This document shows positions 1 through 7,566 of a stretch of DNA of 34,312 bases, in pieces (the stretch's first letter is position 1; each line of letters starts with the position of its first letter). The notes beneath the pieces were generated by a model. The model searched no databases, was not told the origin of the DNA, and saw only the letters and a program-made list of their open reading frames with translations. The position numbers and the translations under genes were made by a program. The DNA is taken from the NCBI GenBank assembly GCA_049512935.1, contig JBEKWR010000020.1, forward strand, positions 1 through 34,312, read 5' to 3'. The DNA is from Candidatus Bathyarchaeia archaeon (GTDB lineage: Archaea > Thermoproteota > Bathyarchaeia > Bathyarchaeales > Bathycorpusculaceae).

Positions 1-131
1 ATAATTGCGAAGCAATTTATGTTTTTTGGAGTCTAACGGTCAATATTCGTGATACTAAACGTTTTAATCTTAATTCATGAAATGTTAAGGTGATTTGTAA
101 TCGGAACTTGTGACGCTTAAACGGAGAAAAG

Positions 132-1109
132 ATGTGTATGACCAGGACTAGGACTATTGGTGTTGTAACTTCAGGCGGCGACGCCCCAGGAATGAACGCT
201 GCTATCCGAGCTGTAACGCGTATTGCGCATGCTAAGGGCTTTCAAGTTATAGGTTTCGAGCGGGGATGGGACGGGTTACTCACGAATTCTTATAGAAAGC
301 TGACTCCACGAAGCGTCGGCGGCATCATCCAGCTGGGCGGAACCATACTGCACACGTTGCGTTGCCTAAGCTTCGAGGAAGAAGGCGGCGTTGAAAAAGG
401 GGCAGAAACGTTGTCGATCAACAATATTGACGGTTTAGTGGTTATCGGCGGCGACGGGTCGTTCAAGGGCGCCTTAGACCTGAGCAGGGAAAGCGACGCC
501 TTGATGGTTGGGGTACCCGCCACAATCGACAATGACGTTTATGGAACTGACGAGACGATCGGTTTTGACACAGCAGTCAACACCGCAGTGGGCTCCATCG
601 ACAAGATCAGGGATACGGCGATTTCTCATGAAAGAATATTCATCGTGGAAGTAATGGGTCGAAAAAGAGGCTTCTTAGCGCTGGAGGTAGGCATCACAGT
701 GGGCGCAGAAGTGATTTTGATTCCCGAGAGACCGATGAGCATCACCGACGTCATTAAGTTTATGGAGGAAAACGCGAAAAGAGGCAAACGAGCAGGAATC
801 ATAGTTGCGGCTGAAGGCTGCGGCAACACACACAAGCTGGCTCAAGAAATGCAGCAGCAAACCGAATCCGAAATTAGACTATCAATTCTCGGGTACTCAC
901 AGCGTGGAGGAAGCCCAACAGCGCGCAGCAGGCTGCTAGCTAGTTTGTTCGCGGAGAAAGCTGTTGATGTAATCTGCCAAGAGCAAGGCAACAAGGCAGT
1001 CGGCTTACAGAACGGGGCGATCGTGAGTTATGACCTTGAGAAAGCAGCCAAAGAAAGCAAGCCGATAGATTTGAGGCTGCTAGAAGTCGCTGATATGCTT
1101 GCAACCTAA
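132..1109 (+). CDS. pfkA: ATP-dependent 6-phosphofructokinase (bacterial PfkA family)
   Basis: Motifs TSGGDAPGMNAAIR, IGGDGS, PATIDND, GFDTA, VEVMGR, QRGGSP; the start may be the ATG at 138. Confidence 0.95.
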   Translation: MCMTRTRTIGVVTSGGDAPGMNAAIRAVTRIAHAKGFQVIGFERGWDGLLTNSYRKLTPRSVGGIIQLGGTILHTLRCLSFEEEGGVEKGAETLSINNIDGLVVIGGDGSFKGALDLSRESDALMVGVPATIDNDVYGTDETIGFDTAVNTAVGSIDKIRDTAISHERIFIVEVMGRKRGFLALEVGITVGAEVILIPERPMSITDVIKFMEENAKRGKRAGIIVAAEGCGNTHKLAQEMQQQTESEIRLSILGYSQRGGSPTARSRLLASLFAEKAVDVICQEQGNKAVGLQNGAIVSYDLEKAAKESKPIDLRLLEVADMLAT

Positions 1110-1135
1110 ACCAAGTTTTCCATCTTGGTTTCTTT
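1108..1135. terminator. Hairpin between convergent genes, candidate bidirectional terminator
   Basis: AAACCAAG-N8-CTTGGTTT perfect 8-bp inverted repeat followed by CTTT, between the pfkA and GT4 stop codons. Confidence 0.45.
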
Positions 1136-1140
1136 CGCGT

Positions 1141-2391
1141 TTAGAGCAATGACTCGTAGATTCTGCTGGTTTCCTCAGCGACTTTCCGCCAAGTAAAATA
1201 CTCAATAACCCTTCGCCGCCCGTTCTCACCCCAGTTCCTAGCCTTTTCAGGGTCAAGAAGCGTCGCGTTTATTCCCCACGCTATGTCCACTGGGTCTTCA
1301 CCGTTAATGTGCACCCCGTTTTGGTCAGGTCCGCTGTTGACTACTTGTTCTTTGAAGCCAACCACGCCTCTTGCGCCAACCACGACGGGTTTCTCCATCG
1401 CCATCGCTTCCAAACTAACTATGCCGAAAGGCTCGTAGGTTGAGGGGAAAACGCAGACGTCTGAGGCTGCGTAATGCAAAATACGTTCCTGTTCAGGGAC
1501 GAAGTCGAATCGATAAACGATTTTGTCTTGAATTCCTAGGCGTTCGGCTGTTTCGGTTATGTCGGTTTGTTCGTCGCCCTTACCTAAGATGACAAGTTTA
1601 GTGTTCGGGTTCTCTTTCAAAACAAGGGGCATCGCCTGAAGGAGGTTGTGGACGCCTTTTACCCAAGTTAGCCTTCCGACAAAAAGGAGCATGTTCCAAC
1701 CGTCAGGAATGCCATATTTAGCCCTGATTGCGTTGATCTCTTCCTCGGTTGTGTGTGCTGGATTGTACATTTCTGGGTCAACACCATTCCAGACAACGCT
1801 TATTTTGGAGGGCGACCACCCGTGTTTCACAAGGTCCTCCTGCATCCCGTAGCTAACGGTTATTATTTTGTCTGCGTTTTGCGCCATCGCCCGTTCCAAA
1901 TGAGAAACAACTTCAGAGCCTCCTCCACCGCTTCTTCCCCACTCCGTGCTATGCGTGTGGAAAACAACTGGTATCTTGGTTTCATTCTTGATTACTAGGC
2001 CTGCGATGCTGCTGAGCCAGTCATGGACGCAAACGACGTCGAAATCATATTTTTCCTTTTTGATTAAGCTGTTTATGAATTTGGTAGCGCTTAGAATGTT
2101 GTAGATGAAGATGTCGTTGAAGAGTTTGATGTTGGTGCCCCATTTCTTTAGGTCGTCAACAACGAAGAAAGGCCAGATGTTGCTTGCGTCCGCAATTTGG
2201 GGACGGTGCACTTCCACTCCTCGCAGGATTTCTCTTGTTTTCAAACCGTTATTGTTGAGCGTGAAGACTGAAACGTCATGCCCAATGTCAACGTACTCAT
2301 GAGTTATGTTTTCAGCGTAGGTGCCTAAGCCGCCTACCGTCTGCGGCGGATATTCATAAACGAAGAAACCTATTCTCAAACGTGTCACCAA
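1141..2391 (-). CDS. Glycosyltransferase family 4 (glycogen synthase-like)
   Basis: EYPP..GGLG, HDW, HTHSTEWGR, FVGRL, PSTYEPFGIVSLEAMA GT-B motifs. Confidence 0.9.
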   Translation of the reverse strand: MVTRLRIGFFVYEYPPQTVGGLGTYAENITHEYVDIGHDVSVFTLNNNGLKTREILRGVEVHRPQIADASNIWPFFVVDDLKKWGTNIKLFNDIFIYNILSATKFINSLIKKEKYDFDVVCVHDWLSSIAGLVIKNETKIPVVFHTHSTEWGRSGGGGSEVVSHLERAMAQNADKIITVSYGMQEDLVKHGWSPSKISVVWNGVDPEMYNPAHTTEEEINAIRAKYGIPDGWNMLLFVGRLTWVKGVHNLLQAMPLVLKENPNTKLVILGKGDEQTDITETAERLGIQDKIVYRFDFVPEQERILHYAASDVCVFPSTYEPFGIVSLEAMAMEKPVVVGARGVVGFKEQVVNSGPDQNGVHINGEDPVDIAWGINATLLDPEKARNWGENGRRRVIEYFTWRKVAEETSRIYESLL

Positions 2392-2675
2392 AACTTAACT
2401 ATCCTATGGCTAACACGATATTTATACTTTAAAAAAAAAGTTTTTGTGACACAACAACGTGCTGAAAAATGAATTATTAGAGCGTTAGCGTGTACACAAA
2501 AAACGCTCGCAAAGGTCTTTGTTTAGGGAGACGCATAAGAACATCGATTTTACACAAAAATGCAATGCACACTTTTGAATAACTCAGCCGAGAATGACCT
2601 GAAACTGCGCAAGCCGCCAACAAGTCTAAAATACCGCTTACCGTCCAGTTACAATAGAAGATGGAGGGGACAGGT

Positions 2676-3227
2676 TTGAAGTCAGCTTTAATCATTTATT
2701 TTTCAAGCACAGGAAACACTGAGAAAGTTGCGCAGGCAATTAAGAGCGGATTAGAGGCTGCTGGGCTAAAAGTTGAGTTAAAGAAGCCGCAGGAAGCCGC
2801 CGAATTGGATTTCTACAGCTACGATTTGGTCTGCGTCGGCTCACCTTCGATTGAGTGGCAGCCCGCCAAACCGATACATGACCTTTTGAAGGCAAAACTG
2901 AACCTTTACCGAAGCCAAGGAAAAATCAAGCCTTGCGCTCCAAAAGTGGCTGGCAAGAACGCATTGGTTTTTGTCACGTATTCGGGTCCACACACTGGGA
3001 TCGATGAGGCGACGCCTGCTGGGAAAACGATGCGGCAGTATTTTGAGCATTTCGGCTTCAACGTTGTCGGCGAATGGTACGTGGTCGGCGAGTTCCATGG
3101 AAGAGAAGACAATAGCACACTGGGTAAGCTCGGCGACATCCGTGGGAAGCCGACGGCGGAGGTTTTGGAGAAGATTAAAAAGAACGCGGAGCAAATAGCA
3201 AAAGACATGCAGGAGGGTAAAGCATGA
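2676..3227 (+). CDS. Flavodoxin family protein
   Basis: YFSSTGNTEKVA FMN loop and VGSP motif; likely TTG start at 2676 after SD GGAGGGG (ORF track starts at 2661). Confidence 0.85.
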   Translation: MKSALIIYFSSTGNTEKVAQAIKSGLEAAGLKVELKKPQEAAELDFYSYDLVCVGSPSIEWQPAKPIHDLLKAKLNLYRSQGKIKPCAPKVAGKNALVFVTYSGPHTGIDEATPAGKTMRQYFEHFGFNVVGEWYVVGEFHGREDNSTLGKLGDIRGKPTAEVLEKIKKNAEQIAKDMQEGKA

Positions 3228-3502
3228 AGACGCTTGACCTGCCCGACAAAATCTACGACGACCTAGCTAAAGCATCCGAAGAATTAACTTTGATGGCTAA
3301 AAAGCCGATTTCAAAGTCAATGGCTATCAACCTTCTGATCGAGGTTTACCATGCACACCTCAACAACCGCTGCGCGCTTGACGCTTTCAGCCAGCAGTTG
3401 CAAAGCTTGGACATTATGTCGCCTGAAGAATTTGACAAGTACTGGGATGAACCGTCGAAACCTCAAAAGCCAAAAACAAGGGCAAAACCAAGGAGCAGCT
3501 AA
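3224..3502 (+). CDS. Small hypothetical protein, possible ribbon-helix-helix N-terminus
   Basis: ATGA overlap with the flavodoxin stop, SD GGAGG; KTLDLPDKIYDDL...SKSMAINLLI resembles an RHH pattern. Confidence 0.7.
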   Translation: MKTLDLPDKIYDDLAKASEELTLMAKKPISKSMAINLLIEVYHAHLNNRCALDAFSQQLQSLDIMSPEEFDKYWDEPSKPQKPKTRAKPRSS

Positions 3503-3670
3503 AGCAGCTGTAGCAGCGTTGGGAAGGCGTATCGTAAACCTTCAGATATTAGAAAAGATAATTGAAAATACGTATAGTTATGACTCTACTGCGATATTAC
3601 TTGACGATTCGCTAGCTTTATTTATAGTGCCCTCAATATTGACAGGTCAGATAAGCGGGGGATAAATAGT

Positions 3671-4240
3671 TTGGCGAAGAATCCACAATCAAAAGATGAT
3701 TCACTAGAAGCCTTAGACTTCATAGTAAACGTCCTAAAAGAACACGAAAAGGACCTGGACAAGCTAATCAGCGAATTAGCAACCGTAACTGAACAACTCG
3801 GAGAAACAGGCGACCTCGGCGGCAAAGTGGAAAAAGTGGAAGAAAAAATAACCAGCCTGCAAAAAGAAGTTACAAACCTGATGAGCTACATTTCAGGAGT
3901 CGGACCCAAAGAACCATCACCCGCCGCGCCAAAAGAAAAATCAACAGAAAACATGCTTGGACCTGCACCGGCAGCCTCGCTAGGAGCGTCGGGTCCGTCA
4001 GTGATTTTGCGGTGCAAGCAGTGGGAAGACTTCCAGACTTTAGCGTTTCAGGCTCAAACGCTTTCTTTCACCTTCAAGGAGGACGAGAAGACTTTTCAGG
4101 CTGACGCGCTTAAAGGCAACCAGATAATCACCTACAACGGCGCACTTCCAAAGTTTACCCAGATCTTAAAAGCATGGCTGTCAAAGGAGCTGGGAATCCC
4201 CGAAAATAGGGTTCTGGAAGGCGCCTTGGATATAGGCTGA
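3671..4240 (+). CDS. Hypothetical protein: coiled-coil N-terminus, Pro-rich linker, globular C-terminus
   Basis: 189-aa ORF with heptad pattern; upstream TTTATTTATA box and GGGGG SD-like run. Confidence 0.8.
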   Translation: MAKNPQSKDDSLEALDFIVNVLKEHEKDLDKLISELATVTEQLGETGDLGGKVEKVEEKITSLQKEVTNLMSYISGVGPKEPSPAAPKEKSTENMLGPAPAASLGASGPSVILRCKQWEDFQTLAFQAQTLSFTFKEDEKTFQADALKGNQIITYNGALPKFTQILKAWLSKELGIPENRVLEGALDIG

Positions 4241-4270
4241 ATCTGTATTTTCAACCCTTATTTTTGATTC

Positions 4271-4285
4271 AGAAGGCTTATATGC
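4271..4285 (+). promoter_or_regulatory. BRE/TATA-like promoter with no protein gene directly downstream
   Basis: AGAAGG-CTTATATG lies about 25 nt upstream of the 4307-4452 structure. Confidence 0.45.
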
Positions 4286-4306
4286 ACTTTATAGTATCTT
4301 AAGTCT

Positions 4307-4452
4307 TGTCAGTGATGGAGGGCTAGTTAAGGTTGAAGGCTAAACAACTCAAGCCAAAAACTTTTTTCCGTTTTCGAAGCCTTCTCCTTTCTCCTCGATG
4401 ACGGATGGCTATGGGTTAGCCAACACACAAAACCAGCCCTCCAACACCAACA
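4307..4452. ncRNA. Candidate structured ncRNA (~146 nt), family unknown
   Basis: 22-nt terminal arms 4307-4328/4431-4452; inner helices 4329-4341/4378-4389 and 4367-4377/4395-4405; hairpin 4406-4422; upstream TATA. Confidence 0.5.
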
Positions 4453-4566
4453 CTTATCATAAAAGCCCAAGCGCAGCAGCCAAGCTGAACGACTCTGCCG
4501 CGCCAAACAATCTACGCCAAAACCTTATATCCATTCGACGGGTAACCTAGTTGCAGGTTGATTTGT

Positions 4567-4644
4567 TTGGCTGTTAACGTTTCGAGAACAAAGAAACCGA
4601 AGCTGCCTAAAAAGCGGTTGCTGAAGAAAATAAACAGAAGATAA
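4567..4644 (+). CDS. Putative 25-aa highly basic micropeptide MAVNVSRTKKPKLPKKRLLKKINRR
   Basis: CTTATAT box at about 4522, AGGTTGA SD-like sequence, TTG start, TAA stop; no family recognised. Confidence 0.35.
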   Translation: MAVNVSRTKKPKLPKKRLLKKINRR

Positions 4645-4905
4645 AGCGCTGTGTCGATTCCGGGCTTCTGCAAGATTCTAAATTGGTAGTCGGAAACATG
4701 CAATCAAAACAGGGATTTCCTGCGTCGTTGCCTTGGATCTTGTTTTGAAGCAGGCAAAGTCCACAGCTACAACTATGCTCCTATGTTCAGCCGATCAAAA
4801 AGCAGGCACTTTCTTGATTAGCAAAGCGTTTTAAGAAAGAAGCCGGAAGGTATGGTGGCACGTAAGTATTTTGCAAGGAAAAGCTGAGCGGTTTTTAACC
4901 GCGAA

Positions 4906-5430
4906 TTACGTTTCTGTTTTTGGTGTTGTTAAGTACTTGAGGTGGAACGGTTTGATTACTATTCCAGCTTTCAAGTCAGCATGGAAAGTTTGGCTCTCCA
5001 CAACCCACTCAGACAACTCTGAATCGTGCGCTCTAATGAACTCGGCAAAGTTTGAGAAGTCTTCATGGAGCGAGATGCAAACAGCATCCCAACCCATGCC
5101 TCTCCCATCCGAAACCATTATGACGTTGGGTTGTTTCAAGTACCATTCTTTCATTTTTTGAAGTGCTTCCGTTTTTTCCTCGCCTGTTTTAAACTTTAGT
5201 TTGCTTTTCAGAAAGGTGAAGGCTGCTATTTCAAACCCGATTTGCCCGAATTTTGGGATAACCGTGTATCCTTCGATGAAGTTTTCTTCAAGCATCGCTC
5301 TTCTTCTAGTGACTGTAGGTTGGGAGACTCCGAGGGATTTTGCTAGCTGCCTATCGCTTCTGTGCGAGTCCTTCATCAATTCAAAAAGTATTTTGTAATC
5401 TATTGGTTTAAGTTCTTTCATTGCAACCAA
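4906..5430 (-). CDS. Lrp/AsnC family transcriptional regulator
   Basis: IDYKIL.EL.KDSHRSDRQLAKSLGVSQPTVTRRR wHTH, IEGYTVIP linker, RAM-like C-terminal domain; the start may be the ATG at 5421. Confidence 0.9.
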   Translation of the reverse strand: MVAMKELKPIDYKILFELMKDSHRSDRQLAKSLGVSQPTVTRRRAMLEENFIEGYTVIPKFGQIGFEIAAFTFLKSKLKFKTGEEKTEALQKMKEWYLKQPNVIMVSDGRGMGWDAVCISLHEDFSNFAEFIRAHDSELSEWVVESQTFHADLKAGIVIKPFHLKYLTTPKTET

Positions 5431-5582
5431 CTTTTAACCATTCATAGGCTTTTTAGCACTATAATATATAAACATCATGATTCAAATGTTGAAATACCGT
5501 CTATAATGTTTAGGGCAACATCAACAGATACTTTTAAGAGAAAAAAAGTATTCTTAGAACCTCTAAAGGAGCTTGAAAAGCG

Positions 5583-6941
5583 GTGTCGCCTCAAAATTTC
5601 AACGAAGTTGAGGAGGAAGTAACACAACTCCTCATTAACCTGATACGGATAAACACAACTAACCCACCAGGCAACGAGACTGCAGCGGCAAAATACATAG
5701 CAAAATACCTGGGGAAGGATGGGTTTAAAACAGAAATCGTGGAGTCCGCTCCTGGCAGAGGCAGCGTAATCACGCGGCTTAAGGGAACAGGCGAAAAACC
5801 CAGCCTTCTTTTACTATCACATCTTGACGTGGTTGCAGCTAACCCAAAAGAGTGGACCGTTGACCCGTTTGCTGGAGTAGTTAAGGATGGTTACGTTTAC
5901 GGCAGAGGAGCCATCGACATGAAATCCATGGTGGCCATCGAAATCATGGCTATCAAGCTTTTAAAGAAAAACAATGTCAAACTCAAAGGCGACGTGGTTT
6001 TCGCAGGGACTCCTGATGAGGAGCAAGGCGGGGAAGAAGGGGCAGGCTATCTTCTGAGGCATCATAAAGAAAAACTTTGGTGTCCCTACGTTATCAACGA
6101 AGGGGGAGGACTAGCTTTTCCCACAAAAAAGGGCTACGTTTTTCCAGTGCAGACAGCGGAGAAAGGAATTCTATGGCTCAGAATTAGAACAAAGGGAACT
6201 CCTGGTCACGGCTCGACTCCTAACATGGCTGACAACGCCGTTTTGCGCATGAACAAAGTAATCAGTAAGCTTGAAGAGTACAAGCCGCCAACAATCTACG
6301 TGCCTACGCTTAAAGAGTTCCTTGCTGAAATGGGAAAGCAAGACCCTGAACTACAGGAAACCTTTTCACGTTTGCTTGGTAATCCGACGCAAAGTGAACA
6401 AATCCTTGATGAATTAGCGGAAAAGGACAGGTCTTTAGCTGAGGAGATTAGGCCTCGGACGAAAATGACTATTGCGCCAACGATGATTCGCGGCGGGGTT
6501 AAAGAGAACATTATTCCTTCCGAGTGCGAGGCAGTCTTTGACTGCAGAATTCTTCCTGGACAAAGCGTGAAAGAGACAATTGACTTAATCAAGAGTTTGC
6601 TGAAAGATGTGGGGCTGGATAAGCTTAGTTTTGAGTCTATTCAAGCGCACGATGGGTCCGAGTCACCAACGGACACGCCGCTTTACAGCGCAATCACGGG
6701 CGTTCTAAGCGAGCTCGAACCTGGCTGCGGTGTGACGCCATCTCTTACCACAGGTGGCACTGACTCGCGCTTCTTCAGGGAAACTGGAAGCGTATGCTAT
6801 GGTTTTCAACCCCAAATTCCTGATGAGCCTAACGATCAGCTGGAAAAGAGGATGCATGGAATAGACGAACGTATTACCATAGAGAACCTTGTCTTCGGAG
6901 TAAACATGTTGTATGAAGTGGTGAAGAAATTTAGCACTTAA
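5583..6941 (+). CDS. M20/M25/M40 family metallo-hydrolase (ArgE/DapE-like)
   Basis: SHLDVV, GRGAIDMK, DEE, GHGS, NIIP, GGTDSRF, HGIDER motifs. Confidence 0.92.
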   Translation: MSPQNFNEVEEEVTQLLINLIRINTTNPPGNETAAAKYIAKYLGKDGFKTEIVESAPGRGSVITRLKGTGEKPSLLLLSHLDVVAANPKEWTVDPFAGVVKDGYVYGRGAIDMKSMVAIEIMAIKLLKKNNVKLKGDVVFAGTPDEEQGGEEGAGYLLRHHKEKLWCPYVINEGGGLAFPTKKGYVFPVQTAEKGILWLRIRTKGTPGHGSTPNMADNAVLRMNKVISKLEEYKPPTIYVPTLKEFLAEMGKQDPELQETFSRLLGNPTQSEQILDELAEKDRSLAEEIRPRTKMTIAPTMIRGGVKENIIPSECEAVFDCRILPGQSVKETIDLIKSLLKDVGLDKLSFESIQAHDGSESPTDTPLYSAITGVLSELEPGCGVTPSLTTGGTDSRFFRETGSVCYGFQPQIPDEPNDQLEKRMHGIDERITIENLVFGVNMLYEVVKKFST

Positions 6942-7010
6942 AACTTAAACACGGCATTCTTAATGTGAATTAATTCTATTTTTCTGGAACCTCGCGCCTC
7001 AATTTTTTGT

Positions 7011-7292
7011 CTAATTTGGTCGCTTCCGCTTAGCATCTTTTCGGGGGCTAAGTAGTGAACGGAGGCTGCTGAAAGACAGGTACAGAAGGTAGACAGCGCT
7101 GAAAACAGTCAACCCGATTTCAGAGTTCAGGATTACAGGGTTTTTTTCTATTCCCATGAAGGCACCGTATTTGGAAATGCTGAGAAAGACCAAAAATTGA
7201 AGAAATACGGCTCCAGCCAAACTGCTAAGACCTATGCTGTGAAAAACCAGACGCAGCCCAAAAGCACGTTCAGTCGGCTTGAGTTTTGCCAT
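7011..7292 (-). CDS. Small membrane protein with two predicted TM helices
   Basis: Two hydrophobic segments, basic tail, upstream SD AGGGGA and CTTTATGA box. Confidence 0.7.
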   Translation of the reverse strand: MAKLKPTERAFGLRLVFHSIGLSSLAGAVFLQFLVFLSISKYGAFMGIEKNPVILNSEIGLTVFSAVYLLYLSFSSLRSLLSPRKDAKRKRPN

Positions 7293-7325
7293 TGCTTAAA
7301 AAAATCCCCTGATTGTGAGAGAAAG

Positions 7326-7354
7326 AATAGTTACTGTAATAGAGGGTAACTGTT
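7326..7354. promoter_or_regulatory. Imperfect palindromic operator candidate AATAGTTAC-N11-GTAACTGTT
   Basis: 8/9 inverted repeat directly downstream of the minus-strand TATA (7356-7363) of the 7011-7292 gene. Confidence 0.4.
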
Positions 7355-7524
7355 GTCATAAAGATTTGTTGTAGTCAAATGTTACTCACTTATTTCGTAA
7401 GAAGCGCTAAGCCGCCATCGATTGGGCAAAACTACAATATTTTTGCTTTACAATTGTTTGATTTAGAAAGTGAAATCAACTTTTGAAGAATAGGCTTGTG
7501 AAAAAGAACGACTCGAATTGTGTT

Positions 7525-7552
7525 TTAAAAGAAAGAAAAGAAAGAAAATAAG
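7525..7552 (-). terminator. Oligo-T archaeal terminator of the giant gene
   Basis: Minus strand reads TTATTTTCTTTCTTTTCTTTCTTTT shortly after the stop codon. Confidence 0.6.
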
Positions 7553-7566
7553 GATAGTCGTGTTGT

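Noticed and set aside
2400-2660. Riboswitch or 72-aa ORF upstream of the flavodoxin
   Set aside because: Only a short GAGCGTT/AACGCTC hairpin; no FMN-aptamer consensus, and the ORF spans divergent promoters
4311-4405. Fluoride riboswitch or box C/D sRNA
   Set aside because: GATGGAG and GATGAC are present, but the required P1 and pseudoknot complements, a true RTGATGA/CTGA pair and a downstream crcB-type gene are missing
4512-4703. 63-aa minus-strand ORF
   Set aside because: No recognisable motif or SD; promoter signals favour the plus strand
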